IMG/VR virus record: IMGVR_UViG_3300049381_000011
Coordinates: 1-64,000 of that record
Source: a virus
Lineage: Duplodnaviria; Caudoviricetes
Length of the DNA stretch: 64,000 nt
Reading direction: 5' to 3' (one strand)
Shown here: positions 53,512-61,917 of the stretch, one piece after another
How the letters are laid out: each line of letters opens with the position of its first letter
Numbering within the stretch: the first letter of the stretch is position 1
The notes under the pieces: model-generated
The model's input: only the letters and a program-made list of their open reading frames with translations
Told to the model about the DNA's origin: nothing
Database searches by the model: none
Translations under genes and position numbers: made by a program

Positions 53512-54544
53512 ATCGGTCGCTCGCCTCCTCGATCATCAGTACCGTCCGGTTGAAGATGATCACCTGGTCGGCGTTCTGCTCATCCGTGACGTCGTCAGGA
53601 TAGTAGGCGCCGTCACCCTCGGAGTCCTCACCCTTGATGTGCACACCATCGTAGCCGCGCATGACCGCGTACCAGGAACTGTCCGATGCGGTGCTGAACC
53701 ACTTCCAGGCGTCCGCGTCCTGGGTGTCCAGCCAGGCTCGGTGCTCGCGCTGCAGCTGCACAAAGTCGATGATCTTGGCGTCCGGGTCGATGGCCATCCG
53801 CATGAGACCGCCAGGGTTGCCGCCGTACGAGGTGACGAGGTCACCTGCCCACTCCCGCAGCCCGTCGGGTTCCCATCTGCCCTGGCCTTCGTACGGCCCG
53901 CTGCGGCTCATCATGATCGCCGGTTCGTGGCCGCGGTAAACCTCGGCTGTCGACCTGCGGGGGGATGTGTAGATCCCGTTGCCGTAGATCCCTTTGCCCA
54001 TCTCCCAGGCACCGGTCCGCGTTGCTTCGGACATCTCAACGGCCTTGAGGTCACCCGCGCCGGAAACGCCACGCCACACCTGCGACCAGCCGTTCGCGAT
54101 CGCCGTGTCGAGCTCCTCAGGCGAGACGACACGCGCCGGATCACTCCAGCCGGTCTGGCGGCGCACGAGCGCTGTCAGGAGCTTGTCGCCATGCGGGGCC
54201 GGGTCGCGTTTCGCGTCGGAGACCAGCGTGTCGAAGTCGTCGGCAGCCCGGTCCTCAATGTCACGGCCGGCGTGCCGGTTGCTCTTCCCTGCGACCTGCG
54301 CGGTCCGCACGGCGACAGCGTCCTGCCTGCGGTTCGTGGCGTCGAGCCGGACCGGGTCCCGGCGACGCTGCGCCGGCGTGGTCGTCGACGCTTCGGCCCG
54401 CATTTTGGCCATGCGGCGCAGGAGCGCACCGTCACGGCCTGGCTTGCGGACACCGTGGAGGGTGCCACGGCACGCGCAGACGCACACGGTGCCGTCGGCG
54501 TCGCCGCAGATGTCGGTGTGGGTGCCGCCGGCGATCTCAGACAC
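53501..54544 (-). CDS. Cys/His N-terminal module fused to an ADP-ribosyltransferase-like domain
   Basis: VWRGV...GKGIYGNGIYTS...AEVY...RGYDGV...QVIIFNR resembles PARP-like ART folds of MuF-type extensions. Confidence 0.6.
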   Translation of the reverse strand: MSEIAGGTHTDICGDADGTVCVCACRGTLHGVRKPGRDGALLRRMAKMRAEASTTTPAQRRRDPVRLDATNRRQDAVAVRTAQVAGKSNRHAGRDIEDRAADDFDTLVSDAKRDPAPHGDKLLTALVRRQTGWSDPARVVSPEELDTAIANGWSQVWRGVSGAGDLKAVEMSEATRTGAWEMGKGIYGNGIYTSPRRSTAEVYRGHEPAIMMSRSGPYEGQGRWEPDGLREWAGDLVTSYGGNPGGLMRMAIDPDAKIIDFVQLQREHRAWLDTQDADAWKWFSTASDSSWYAVMRGYDGVHIKGEDSEGDGAYYPDDVTDEQNADQVIIFNRTVLMIEEASDRYDP

Positions 54545-54568
54545 GCCAGCCTCCGCACAGTGGGGTTC

Positions 54569-54991
54569 TTACAGGAGGACGAAGACCTCGTCGACGGCGA
54601 GGAGTCCGGCGTCGGACGGGTGCGGGTCGTGGACCAGGCGCAGGTCCATGTCGACGATGACGACGTGCTGCCATGGTCCGCGTGGTGACGGGCCGGAGCC
54701 GATGACCCAGCGGTCGACGTCCGGGTCGACGAAGGCATGCCGGACGTCGCCGTCGACGACGGGCACGCACACGAACTTGCGGCCGCGGCCGGTGGCCCAG
54801 GCGCACATGTCGTCCCACCACGATTCGCCGGCAGCGGCGAAGTGGGGCACCTGGTCGTAGTCGACGCCGGCGAGCGACGCGACTGCGGCTCGGAGGCAGT
54901 CCCCGGGTTGGCCGTCGGCGTTGTGGCCGTCGCCGCGGCCGGGGTCGGCGATGATGCGCTGGCGGATGAGGAGGGTTGCTGTGGTGGCCAT
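54569..54991 (-). CDS. Papain/C39-like fold protein
   Basis: GDCLRAAVASL...HVVIV...VHDPHP (Cys-His-Asp order). Confidence 0.5.
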   Translation of the reverse strand: MATTATLLIRQRIIADPGRGDGHNADGQPGDCLRAAVASLAGVDYDQVPHFAAAGESWWDDMCAWATGRGRKFVCVPVVDGDVRHAFVDPDVDRWVIGSGPSPRGPWQHVVIVDMDLRLVHDPHPSDAGLLAVDEVFVLL

Positions 54992-55182
54992 GGCTACCGC
55001 TCGCCCCAGGTGTACATGGCGCCGGCGAGCCGGTCGACCATCCGCCAGCTGCGCCGCTCCCACCGTTCGGTCCGGTGACGGTGCAGGCAGTCGTTGAGGC
55101 CGGTGAGCAGCAGACCGAGGCGTGCGATCCGGGGTAGTGGCGGCCGCGGCGGGCAGCTCTGGCACATGTCAACACTCCACAC

Positions 55183-55219
55183 TTGACATAACTTGTATGC
55201 GACTACATACTAGTTATGT
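55183..55219 (+). promoter_or_regulatory. TTGACA-17-CATACT promoter overlapped by a palindromic operator
   Basis: ACATAACT-T-GTATG-CGACTA-CATAC-T-AGTTATGT inverted repeat at 55186-55219. Confidence 0.7.
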
Positions 55220-55250
55220 AGCTGGTTGGCGATCGAGATTGGACACCGCG

Positions 55251-55418
55251 ATGAACGACATGGATCTCTTCGGCACCGAGACCACGACCGACACCGCCCC
55301 GGTCGTCGTCGAGCAGCTGGGCCTGTTCGCCACCGAGGCGTTCACCCGCCCGAAGCCGCTCCCCACCGTCGTCAAGGCGCCGAAGTTCGCCGACCAGCTC
55401 GACCTGTTCTCCAACTGA
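55251..55418 (+). CDS. 55-aa peptide with three beta-clamp-binding-like motifs
   Basis: DMDLF, QLGLF, QLDLF; GC3-rich codons. Confidence 0.6.
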   Translation: MNDMDLFGTETTTDTAPVVVEQLGLFATEAFTRPKPLPTVVKAPKFADQLDLFSN

Positions 55419-55429
55419 AGGGCCCGACC

Positions 55430-55831
55430 ATGACCGGCACCGACCCGCAGACTCCCCCCACCGACCATCCGGGCGACGTCGTCGACGAGGAGGTGAGGCG
55501 GGCTTTCGAGATCGTCGAGAGAGGCGCTCGGGCGCGGCTAGCGCTGCAGGAACAGGTTGCGTCGCTCGCCGAAGCGGCACGCGAGATCGACGACGACTTC
55601 CCCGCGCTGCCGATCGACGTGAGACGCATAACCTCCCACGTCATCGCCGCGACCATCTCGGACCTGGTCAGGATCATCGACCTGGCACAGACGGCGATCG
55701 TCACCGCGATCGGGGCCGGTCGCGACCGGCCCGGCGACCAGCTCACCCGCGCGCAGCTCGCCGACGCGCTGGGCATCGACCCCCGCAACCTCGAACGGCA
55801 CAAGCTGGTCCGGAAGGCCAGCGAGATCTAA
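55430..55831 (+). CDS. Helical protein with C-terminal HTH
   Basis: LTRAQLADALGIDPRNL. Confidence 0.65.
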   Translation: MTGTDPQTPPTDHPGDVVDEEVRRAFEIVERGARARLALQEQVASLAEAAREIDDDFPALPIDVRRITSHVIAATISDLVRIIDLAQTAIVTAIGAGRDRPGDQLTRAQLADALGIDPRNLERHKLVRKASEI

Positions 55832-55835
55832 ACGG

Positions 55836-56216
55836 CTACGCAGTACCGGCGGGCGCCTGGTCGGGCTCGCCGGCTTTCTGCTGCCCGGTCCACGGGAGCA
55901 TCAGCCCGTCACCCGGCCTACGCGGTATGACGTGCACGTTCAGGTGGAACACCGTCTGCGTCGCAGCCGTACCGATCGACGTGATGATGTTGCAGCCGAT
56001 CAGGTCGCTGGCGAGCAGCGCGGCGATCCGCATCACCCGTGCGGTGGTGAGGAGGTCCGTAGTCGCGTCCGGGACGTGGAGCCGCGGTACGACGAGCATG
56101 TGTCCCGGCACGACCGGTTCGAGCGGCTCGAAAGCGACGGCGGAGCGCCAGCCGCGGTCAAACTCTCGGCGCTGGATCCGGTCGCAGAACGGGCACTGCT
56201 CCGCTGGCGCGTTCAT
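55836..56216 (-). CDS. HIT family protein with variant triad (HLNVH)
   Basis: CPFC, PLEPVVPGHMLVVPRLHV, ATQTVFHLNVHVIPR. Confidence 0.85.
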   Translation of the reverse strand: MNAPAEQCPFCDRIQRREFDRGWRSAVAFEPLEPVVPGHMLVVPRLHVPDATTDLLTTARVMRIAALLASDLIGCNIITSIGTAATQTVFHLNVHVIPRRPGDGLMLPWTGQQKAGEPDQAPAGTA

Positions 56217-56629
56217 CGGGCGCACAGCACGATGTCGGCGGACCGTTCGGCGACGACCCGCGCTGCCCGACGGCGAACCCAGCTGAAAAACAGCCGATTG
56301 CCGATGTAGCCGGCGGCCTGGGCGCCGGCGGCGCCGGCGAACAGCCAACTGTGCCAGCCGGCGACGTCGAGCGCGCCGACGGTCAGCGCGCTGCACGTCA
56401 GCACGTTGATCCCGAATCCTGTGAAGCCGAGGATCCAGCCGGCCCGACCGGGGGACGCGAGCGCCTGCACCACAGCGAACTGGAGGTGCGGTGCGGCGGC
56501 GGTAATGGCCAGACGTGCGTCGGCGGCCGCGTGCCGCATGTCGGTCGTCGGTCGTTCGAGGAGCACGAGCTCAGCCGCGTCAAACGCGGCCTGGCTGATC
56601 GGGGCGAGAAGTTGCGTGATGGGTCGCAT
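56213..56629 (-). CDS. Membrane protein
   Basis: GGAGG SD; 2 TM. Confidence 0.55.
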   Translation of the reverse strand: MRPITQLLAPISQAAFDAAELVLLERPTTDMRHAAADARLAITAAAPHLQFAVVQALASPGRAGWILGFTGFGINVLTCSALTVGALDVAGWHSWLFAGAAGAQAAGYIGNRLFFSWVRRRAARVVAERSADIVLCAR

Positions 56630-56668
56630 GGTTCCTCCAAGGTGCGGGCTCGGCGGACGTACAGAGGT

Positions 56669-56884
56669 CTACTTGTCTTCGGCGGGGGGTCTGGCCAGGC
56701 CGTGGGTGGCGATCGCGACGCCGAGGTCGCGCCACCCTTCCGCGACGGCCAGGAGCCGGCTCGCTTCGCCGATGCTCTCGCAGCTCTCGGCCTGGGCGAG
56801 CAGGACGGCTGCCCGTTCGGCGCAGGTGTGCCGGTCGACTGCCTGCGACTGTGGGACGGCGACGGGTGTCTCAGACGTCGTCAT
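56669..56884 (-). CDS. Small hypothetical protein
   Basis: ATGA overlap with terminase stop. Confidence 0.5.
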   Translation of the reverse strand: MTTSETPVAVPQSQAVDRHTCAERAAVLLAQAESCESIGEASRLLAVAEGWRDLGVAIATHGLARPPAEDK

Positions 56885-58197
56885 AGGATGATCTTGTCCT
56901 TGATGTAGGGCCGCCAAAGCGACTCGGTGGTGTGGACGCCATAGCGGAGCGCGTCGCAGCTGTGGTCATCGGCCTTGATCGGGACGTCTTCGCCCTTCTG
57001 GGCCTTCTCGTCATCCCAGCTGTAGCCCGGGATTTCGTCGATCAGGCCGCGGCACGACTCGTGGACCAGCAGCCGGAAGTTCGCGAGCAGCGTCGCGACG
57101 TTCCGGATGCCGTCCAGGACGTTGTTGCGTGCTTTCGTCGGCGTGAGGTCGTCCTCGAACAGCTGGACGATGAACGACCTGGCGGACGGGTCGACGCAGA
57201 TGTACTCCGGGTCGATCCCCCGCTGCGGGACGAGTAGCCCTGTCGCCGCATCCGGTGTGCCGGTGCCGGGGATCTCGTGGTTGGCCAGCCAGCGCTGGAT
57301 CGACACGCTGTACTGCGCGTCGGTTTTGCTCTTGTGCGCCTGCTTGGCGTCGTAGCGGTATTCGCTGGTCGCGTACAGGCGCTGGTCGACGCCCATGCCG
57401 AGCGAGATCGCCGAGAACGGGTTGGAGGTGCCGTAGTCGACGCCGACGGACAGCCAACGGTCCATGATCGGGAGCCGGTTGACGACGTGGCGGGACTCGT
57501 CCCACATGTCGTAGATCGCACCCTCAGCGGCGACCCAGTGCCCGAGGACGAAGCGGCGGAAGTAGAGGCCCACGAATTGGGCTTTGATCGCTGCTTTGAA
57601 TTCCGGGTCGAGGAACGGGTTGTCGTCCAGGGTGAAGTGCCAGTGCCGCAGCCGGGTGTCCTGCGGCCGCAGGATGAAGTCTTTGCGCAGCCAGTGCGAC
57701 GGGTTGTCGGGGTTGGTGGTGGCGAACAGCATCGCCCCGCGGACGCTCATGCGGCCCAGGAGCTGGGTCCAGAACTCGCGCGGTACGAGGGTCGCCTCGT
57801 CGACGTAGGCGCCGGCCACCGTCATGCCTCGCAGGCGGGTTTCCGCCCGGGCGTCGTTAGCTCCGATGATGTCGACGACCCTGCCGAAGATCCACGCCTG
57901 GTTAGAGCCGGGCGTGTAGTGGATCTCGTCGGCGATCGGTCCGAACAGCGCCGGGTCCTGCAGCACGGAGAACAGGTTCCGGTTGATCGTGTCCTTGGTG
58001 CGGCCGACCATGACCAGGCGGCCGCCGAGCGGCGCGTTACGGACGTACAGCACCCAGCGCAGCAGCGACGCGACCGTCTTGCCGGCACGGATCGCGCCGG
58101 TCCACACGTTGACGCGGGCCCGCGCCTGCCGGATCGACGCGAGTTGTGCCAGTGACAGCGGCGGCGCGGCGCGGAGCTCGTCGTAGGCGACGGTCAT
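56881..58197 (-). CDS. terL: Terminase large subunit (PBSX-like)
   Basis: GAIRAGKT, YVDEATL, TTNPDNPSHWL, GVDYGTSNP, DDHSCDALRY. Confidence 0.95.
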   Translation of the reverse strand: MTVAYDELRAAPPLSLAQLASIRQARARVNVWTGAIRAGKTVASLLRWVLYVRNAPLGGRLVMVGRTKDTINRNLFSVLQDPALFGPIADEIHYTPGSNQAWIFGRVVDIIGANDARAETRLRGMTVAGAYVDEATLVPREFWTQLLGRMSVRGAMLFATTNPDNPSHWLRKDFILRPQDTRLRHWHFTLDDNPFLDPEFKAAIKAQFVGLYFRRFVLGHWVAAEGAIYDMWDESRHVVNRLPIMDRWLSVGVDYGTSNPFSAISLGMGVDQRLYATSEYRYDAKQAHKSKTDAQYSVSIQRWLANHEIPGTGTPDAATGLLVPQRGIDPEYICVDPSARSFIVQLFEDDLTPTKARNNVLDGIRNVATLLANFRLLVHESCRGLIDEIPGYSWDDEKAQKGEDVPIKADDHSCDALRYGVHTTESLWRPYIKDKIIL

Positions 58198-58775
58198 GAC
58201 GGGCCGTCGCCGGCGTCGACGTCGCCGGCGGCCGGGGTGTCGGTGGCGATCGACGGGAGTGGTTCGGGGTATCCGTCGTCGTATCCGTCGCCCTGGTCGA
58301 CGTCGAGGGCGAGCATCTGCGCGAGCCGGTCGACGAGCGAGACACCGGAGTTGCCCTCGTCGGGTTTCGTGTCGTACTTCAGCAGGTTGATGTGCTGGGT
58401 GACGGCGATCCCGACGGCGGCCATGCCGTGTTTGACCTCGGACAGGGGCGGCTCACCGAGCCGCATCGTGATCACTTCGTTTTTGACCGGGATGTGGACG
58501 ACGTACGCCGACGTGCACCGCGCGGCGACATGCTCGGCGAGGTCGAGGAGCTGCTGCGCGAACGCGGCCCGGCGGGCGGCGAGGTCGACGACCCGCGCCT
58601 CGGTGGCCGCTGCGGTCGCTGACCGGTTGAACGCATCCGGTTTGATCTTCTTCGCCAGTCCGGACACGGTGCCACGGCCTACGCCGTGGTCGCGTGCGAT
58701 CTGGTTGCGTGGCTTGCCGGCCTCGATGTCGGCGATGATCGCCGCCCGGACCTCTTCGGACAGAGGGGCACCCAC
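58194..58775 (-). CDS. terS: Terminase small subunit (HTH)
   Basis: GKPRNQIARDHGVGRGTVS; coupled to terL. Confidence 0.75.
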   Translation of the reverse strand: MGAPLSEEVRAAIIADIEAGKPRNQIARDHGVGRGTVSGLAKKIKPDAFNRSATAAATEARVVDLAARRAAFAQQLLDLAEHVAARCTSAYVVHIPVKNEVITMRLGEPPLSEVKHGMAAVGIAVTQHINLLKYDTKPDEGNSGVSLVDRLAQMLALDVDQGDGYDDGYPEPLPSIATDTPAAGDVDAGDGPS

Positions 58776-59039
58776 GACGGTTCACACCCCTTGACGGCGA
58801 GCACGGGGCACGGCAGCCGTCAACGTGATGTGAGTGGCGACCCGGTGCCCGACCGGGACAGCCCCGGATTCAGTCCGGGTGAGACGCGGCAGCGCCCGGG
58901 GTGCCGATGATTGGGCACACTCCGGGCGCTGCGTAAGGCGTTGGATGGATCCTGACGGGTTGGCGGGTGGTCGTCAAGCGTGTCGCGGTTTGGTGTGTTT
59001 TCTGGTCCACCAAAACCAGACATAATCGTGCACATGTTA

Positions 59040-59112
59040 TTGACGATTTAACGGGTTGGGGATAGAATTGATCTACACCCGGGGTGCTGGAACACCCCAC
59101 CTGACCAGGGAG
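59040..59112 (+). promoter_or_regulatory. Phage-motif promoter (TTGACG-17-TAGAAT) plus CUGGAA hairpin (59081-59098)
   Basis: GGGGTG-CTGGAA-CACCCC then CCAGGGAG. Confidence 0.75.
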
Positions 59113-59119
59113 AACACCT

Positions 59120-59368
59120 GTGGATATCAAGACTCAGTGGACGATTCAGACGAGCGAGACGTTCTCCGCGCTGATCCCGCTGGCCGAAATCGCCGAGCAG
59201 CTGCAGGAGACCGAGGAGGAGACTTTGCGCCTGGTGGCGGCCGGCGAGGTCGAGGCGCACGACCGTTGGTCCGAAACCGTGCTCAGCGGCCGCGAGACCG
59301 AGGACATCTCCGTCTACTTCGCCGTTGACGAGCGCTCCATCGACGAGATGGGGCCGCACCTGTTCTGA
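59120..59368 (+). CDS. Acidic small protein
   Basis: Own promoter/SD; downstream hairpin at about 59376-59418. Confidence 0.65.
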   Translation: MDIKTQWTIQTSETFSALIPLAEIAEQLQETEEETLRLVAAGEVEAHDRWSETVLSGRETEDISVYFAVDERSIDEMGPHLF

Positions 59369-59437
59369 TGATCGGTCGGGGGTTCGGGCAGGTCATGCGG
59401 CTTGCCCGAACCCCCCGAATATATCCCGCACATGTTA

Positions 59438-59466
59438 TTGACGATTTAACTCTGGGCGGTTACTAT
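59438..59466 (+). promoter_or_regulatory. Phage-motif promoter (TTGACG-17-TACTAT)
   Basis: CACATGTTATTGACGATTTA. Confidence 0.75.
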
Positions 59467-59497
59467 AGACAAAGAAGCCACCCCCGAAGGAGCCCCC

Positions 59498-59749
59498 ATG
59501 CTGGACCTGGACCTGGCCACACAGATCAAGAAGCTCCACACCGCCACCTACGGCATGGTCACCCCCGCCCGGACGGCAACGCCCCTCATCGACGACGACG
59601 CGATCACCGCCGCGCACATGCTCGTCAACGGCAAGCCGGACGAGGCCCGCGAACTGTTCGGCAGCAACGGACGCCTGGGCGGCGCGCTCCTGCGCCAGCT
59701 GCAGAACCTCCAGTACCTCCAGGCCCACGGCGAGCACATCCAAGCCTGA
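59498..59749 (+). CDS. Hypothetical protein
   Basis: AAGGAG SD. Confidence 0.65.
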   Translation: MLDLDLATQIKKLHTATYGMVTPARTATPLIDDDAITAAHMLVNGKPDEARELFGSNGRLGGALLRQLQNLQYLQAHGEHIQA

Positions 59750-59811
59750 CCGGACCAGGGGCGGGCACTGCCCGCCCCTCCCGCACCGAACGCGCAGGGG
59801 AGGAACCGACA

Positions 59812-60252
59812 ATGTTCGAGCAGTTCACCACTGAAGTCATCCCCCACTGGCACGACTTCGGCTCCGGCCGCACATGCGCGAGCTGCCAGGCCACCGATTT
59901 CAGCTGGGGCACATACCTGCTCGGCTCAGAAGCGGAGACGACTGTCGCCTGCTACCCGTGCGGCGCCCGGTACCGCGACGAATACGACTGGCCACTGATC
60001 CAGATCGACGTCACCCCCGAAGCCGAGCAGACGCTGTACGAGGCGATCAGCGTCCAAGCTGCCGAGCTCAACCGGCTCGCGAACGCGACCTACGGCATGG
60101 ACGGCCGCGACGAGACGACGATCGAAGCGGCGCTGCAGTGGATGGCCGGCGAGCACGCCCTGGCCGTCGCGATGGTCGGCACCCTCCGCGCTGACCTGCT
60201 AGCCGCGATCGTCGACGAGATGGACAACCTCAACTGGCTCAGCAACAGCTGA
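59812..60252 (+). CDS. Zn-ribbon hypothetical protein
   Basis: GGAGG SD; CASC...CYPC. Confidence 0.65.
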   Translation: MFEQFTTEVIPHWHDFGSGRTCASCQATDFSWGTYLLGSEAETTVACYPCGARYRDEYDWPLIQIDVTPEAEQTLYEAISVQAAELNRLANATYGMDGRDETTIEAALQWMAGEHALAVAMVGTLRADLLAAIVDEMDNLNWLSNS

Positions 60253-60304
60253 CCGCGATCCGCCCGGGCGCTGGAACGCCCACCCCCCGACCAGGAGGCA
60301 ACAC

Positions 60305-60823
60305 GTGATCACAGCAACGACGACCATCGGCCAGCAGCTCGCCGGCGAGATCGTCACCATCGGCCGGAGCCTGTACCCGGACGTCGCCGAGCGCGTCGAC
60401 CGGGCGTTCGGAACGGTCGGGGTCGCGCTCGCCCGCCTGGTCGAGGCGGGGCACGTCGTCGACGTCACCGAGTCGGGAGTGGCCAGCATGCGAGCGGCCG
60501 TCCACCACCTGCACCAGGAGGTCGGCGAACACGCGCTCGGCGCCGGCTGTCTTCTGTGCGGCCCTGCCGGTCAGCTGGACGTCGACGTTGCCGGAACGCG
60601 TATGGCACCTGACCTGATCTCGACCGAGCTGGAGCGGTACGAAGGCCGGCTGGAGTCGATCCACATCATCGCGATGCGGAAGGGGCTGTCGGAGTGGGAG
60701 GTCGTCGAGGTGTATGTGCACGGTGACGTGTCCGGTCCGGAGACTGTCTGGACAGCGTGGTCGACGGCGGCGATCGCGCAGCGCGTCCAGTGCGCTGTCG
60801 ACCGTGGGTTCGCTGTGGTGTGA
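60305..60823 (+). CDS. Hypothetical protein
   Basis: CUGGAA hairpin at 60266-60281 plus CCAGGAGG upstream. Confidence 0.65.
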   Translation: MITATTTIGQQLAGEIVTIGRSLYPDVAERVDRAFGTVGVALARLVEAGHVVDVTESGVASMRAAVHHLHQEVGEHALGAGCLLCGPAGQLDVDVAGTRMAPDLISTELERYEGRLESIHIIAMRKGLSEWEVVEVYVHGDVSGPETVWTAWSTAAIAQRVQCAVDRGFAVV

Positions 60824-60894
60824 CCTCGGCAGGAGAGCAGTAACGTCATCAACCACACGAGGCGCTGGAACGCCCACTACCCGAGGAGACCAGG

Positions 60895-61437
60895 ATGTCG
60901 ACCCCCACCGCTGGCCAGCAGCTCGCCGCGACGGTTCACGATGGATCGCCCTACTGCATCGGTCACCATGACGCGGATGGCGAATGCGTCGAAGCCTCTC
61001 CCTGCGACCCCCGCTGCCTGGGCCATCACGGCAAGCCTGTGCCCTGCACCCCGTGCCCCCAGTCGCGGTGCGTCGAACACGACACTGCCGGCTGCGCAGA
61101 CCTGTGCCAAAGGATCTACTGCACCGGCCACGAAATGGACGACGACGAGGACCTGTGCTGCATCATCGCCAAGCACGCGCCCTGGTGCCCGCCGGCATGC
61201 CGCGCCCACGGGACCGACGGCGAGCACGAGCTGGACCTCGGCAACGACGTCGTCATCTACAGCGAGCTGCTCGAACCCAGTACATACATGTGCGTCTCAC
61301 TCGACGACAGCGCCCACGATGTCGCCGACGCCGACGCGCTGATCGCCAAGACCGAAGCGATCCTGGCTGCGATGCGCACAGCCAGGATGATCCTCGCGGT
61401 GGAGGCAGCCAGCGCGGCCGCGCTGCAGCTCCCCTGA
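60895..61437 (+). CDS. Cys/His-repeat metal-binding protein
   Basis: Repeated CxxHxxxxxC units; CUGGAA hairpin at 60861-60874 upstream. Confidence 0.65.
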   Translation: MSTPTAGQQLAATVHDGSPYCIGHHDADGECVEASPCDPRCLGHHGKPVPCTPCPQSRCVEHDTAGCADLCQRIYCTGHEMDDDEDLCCIIAKHAPWCPPACRAHGTDGEHELDLGNDVVIYSELLEPSTYMCVSLDDSAHDVADADALIAKTEAILAAMRTARMILAVEAASAAALQLP

Positions 61438-61475
61438 ACGCCACCGAGGCGCGAAACGCTCGATACCGTCGTCGC

Positions 61476-61871
61476 ATGCGACAAGAAGCTGTTGCGACGT
61501 CGACGCCGGCGACGCCCACACCCGGACCGCCGTCCCTCAGCACCTATGACGACAGCGCTGTCCTTTGGGGCGCGTGGTCGTACTCCCCGACGCTGAGCCA
61601 TTACCCGGAAGCCTGCCCGAATGCGCGCTGTGGCTACACCGGGCCGTCGCTCGTGACTGTCGGAGTTGTCCAACCGCTGCTCAATGAGGTTTTCATCGGT
61701 GAGGTGCGGGCGGACGGCGTCACGCAGTTGGTGGAGGTTCTTCCTCTGGCTCGTCTGATCGCGTTCCGGTGTGAGGTGTGCGCGAACCAGCGGATCTACG
61801 ACCGGTGGGGCGGCGCTGGCGGGGAGTTCGTCGAGATCGACGGTGAGGGTACGCAGGAGACCCTGTTCTGA
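61476..61871 (+). CDS. Zn-ribbon protein ending QETLF
   Basis: CPNARC...CEVC; start uncertain. Confidence 0.5.
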   Translation: MRQEAVATSTPATPTPGPPSLSTYDDSAVLWGAWSYSPTLSHYPEACPNARCGYTGPSLVTVGVVQPLLNEVFIGEVRADGVTQLVEVLPLARLIAFRCEVCANQRIYDRWGGAGGEFVEIDGEGTQETLF

Positions 61872-61917
61872 CCTGCGTCGGACGTATCATCTCAGCCCGT
61901 AAAACGGGCACATGTTA

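Noticed and set aside
41762-54485. 34-nt exact repeat considered as a DGR template/variable pair or att site
   Set aside because: No reverse transcriptase or integrase in the window, flanking differences are not adenine-specific, and the repeat encodes a conserved protein motif at two N-termini.
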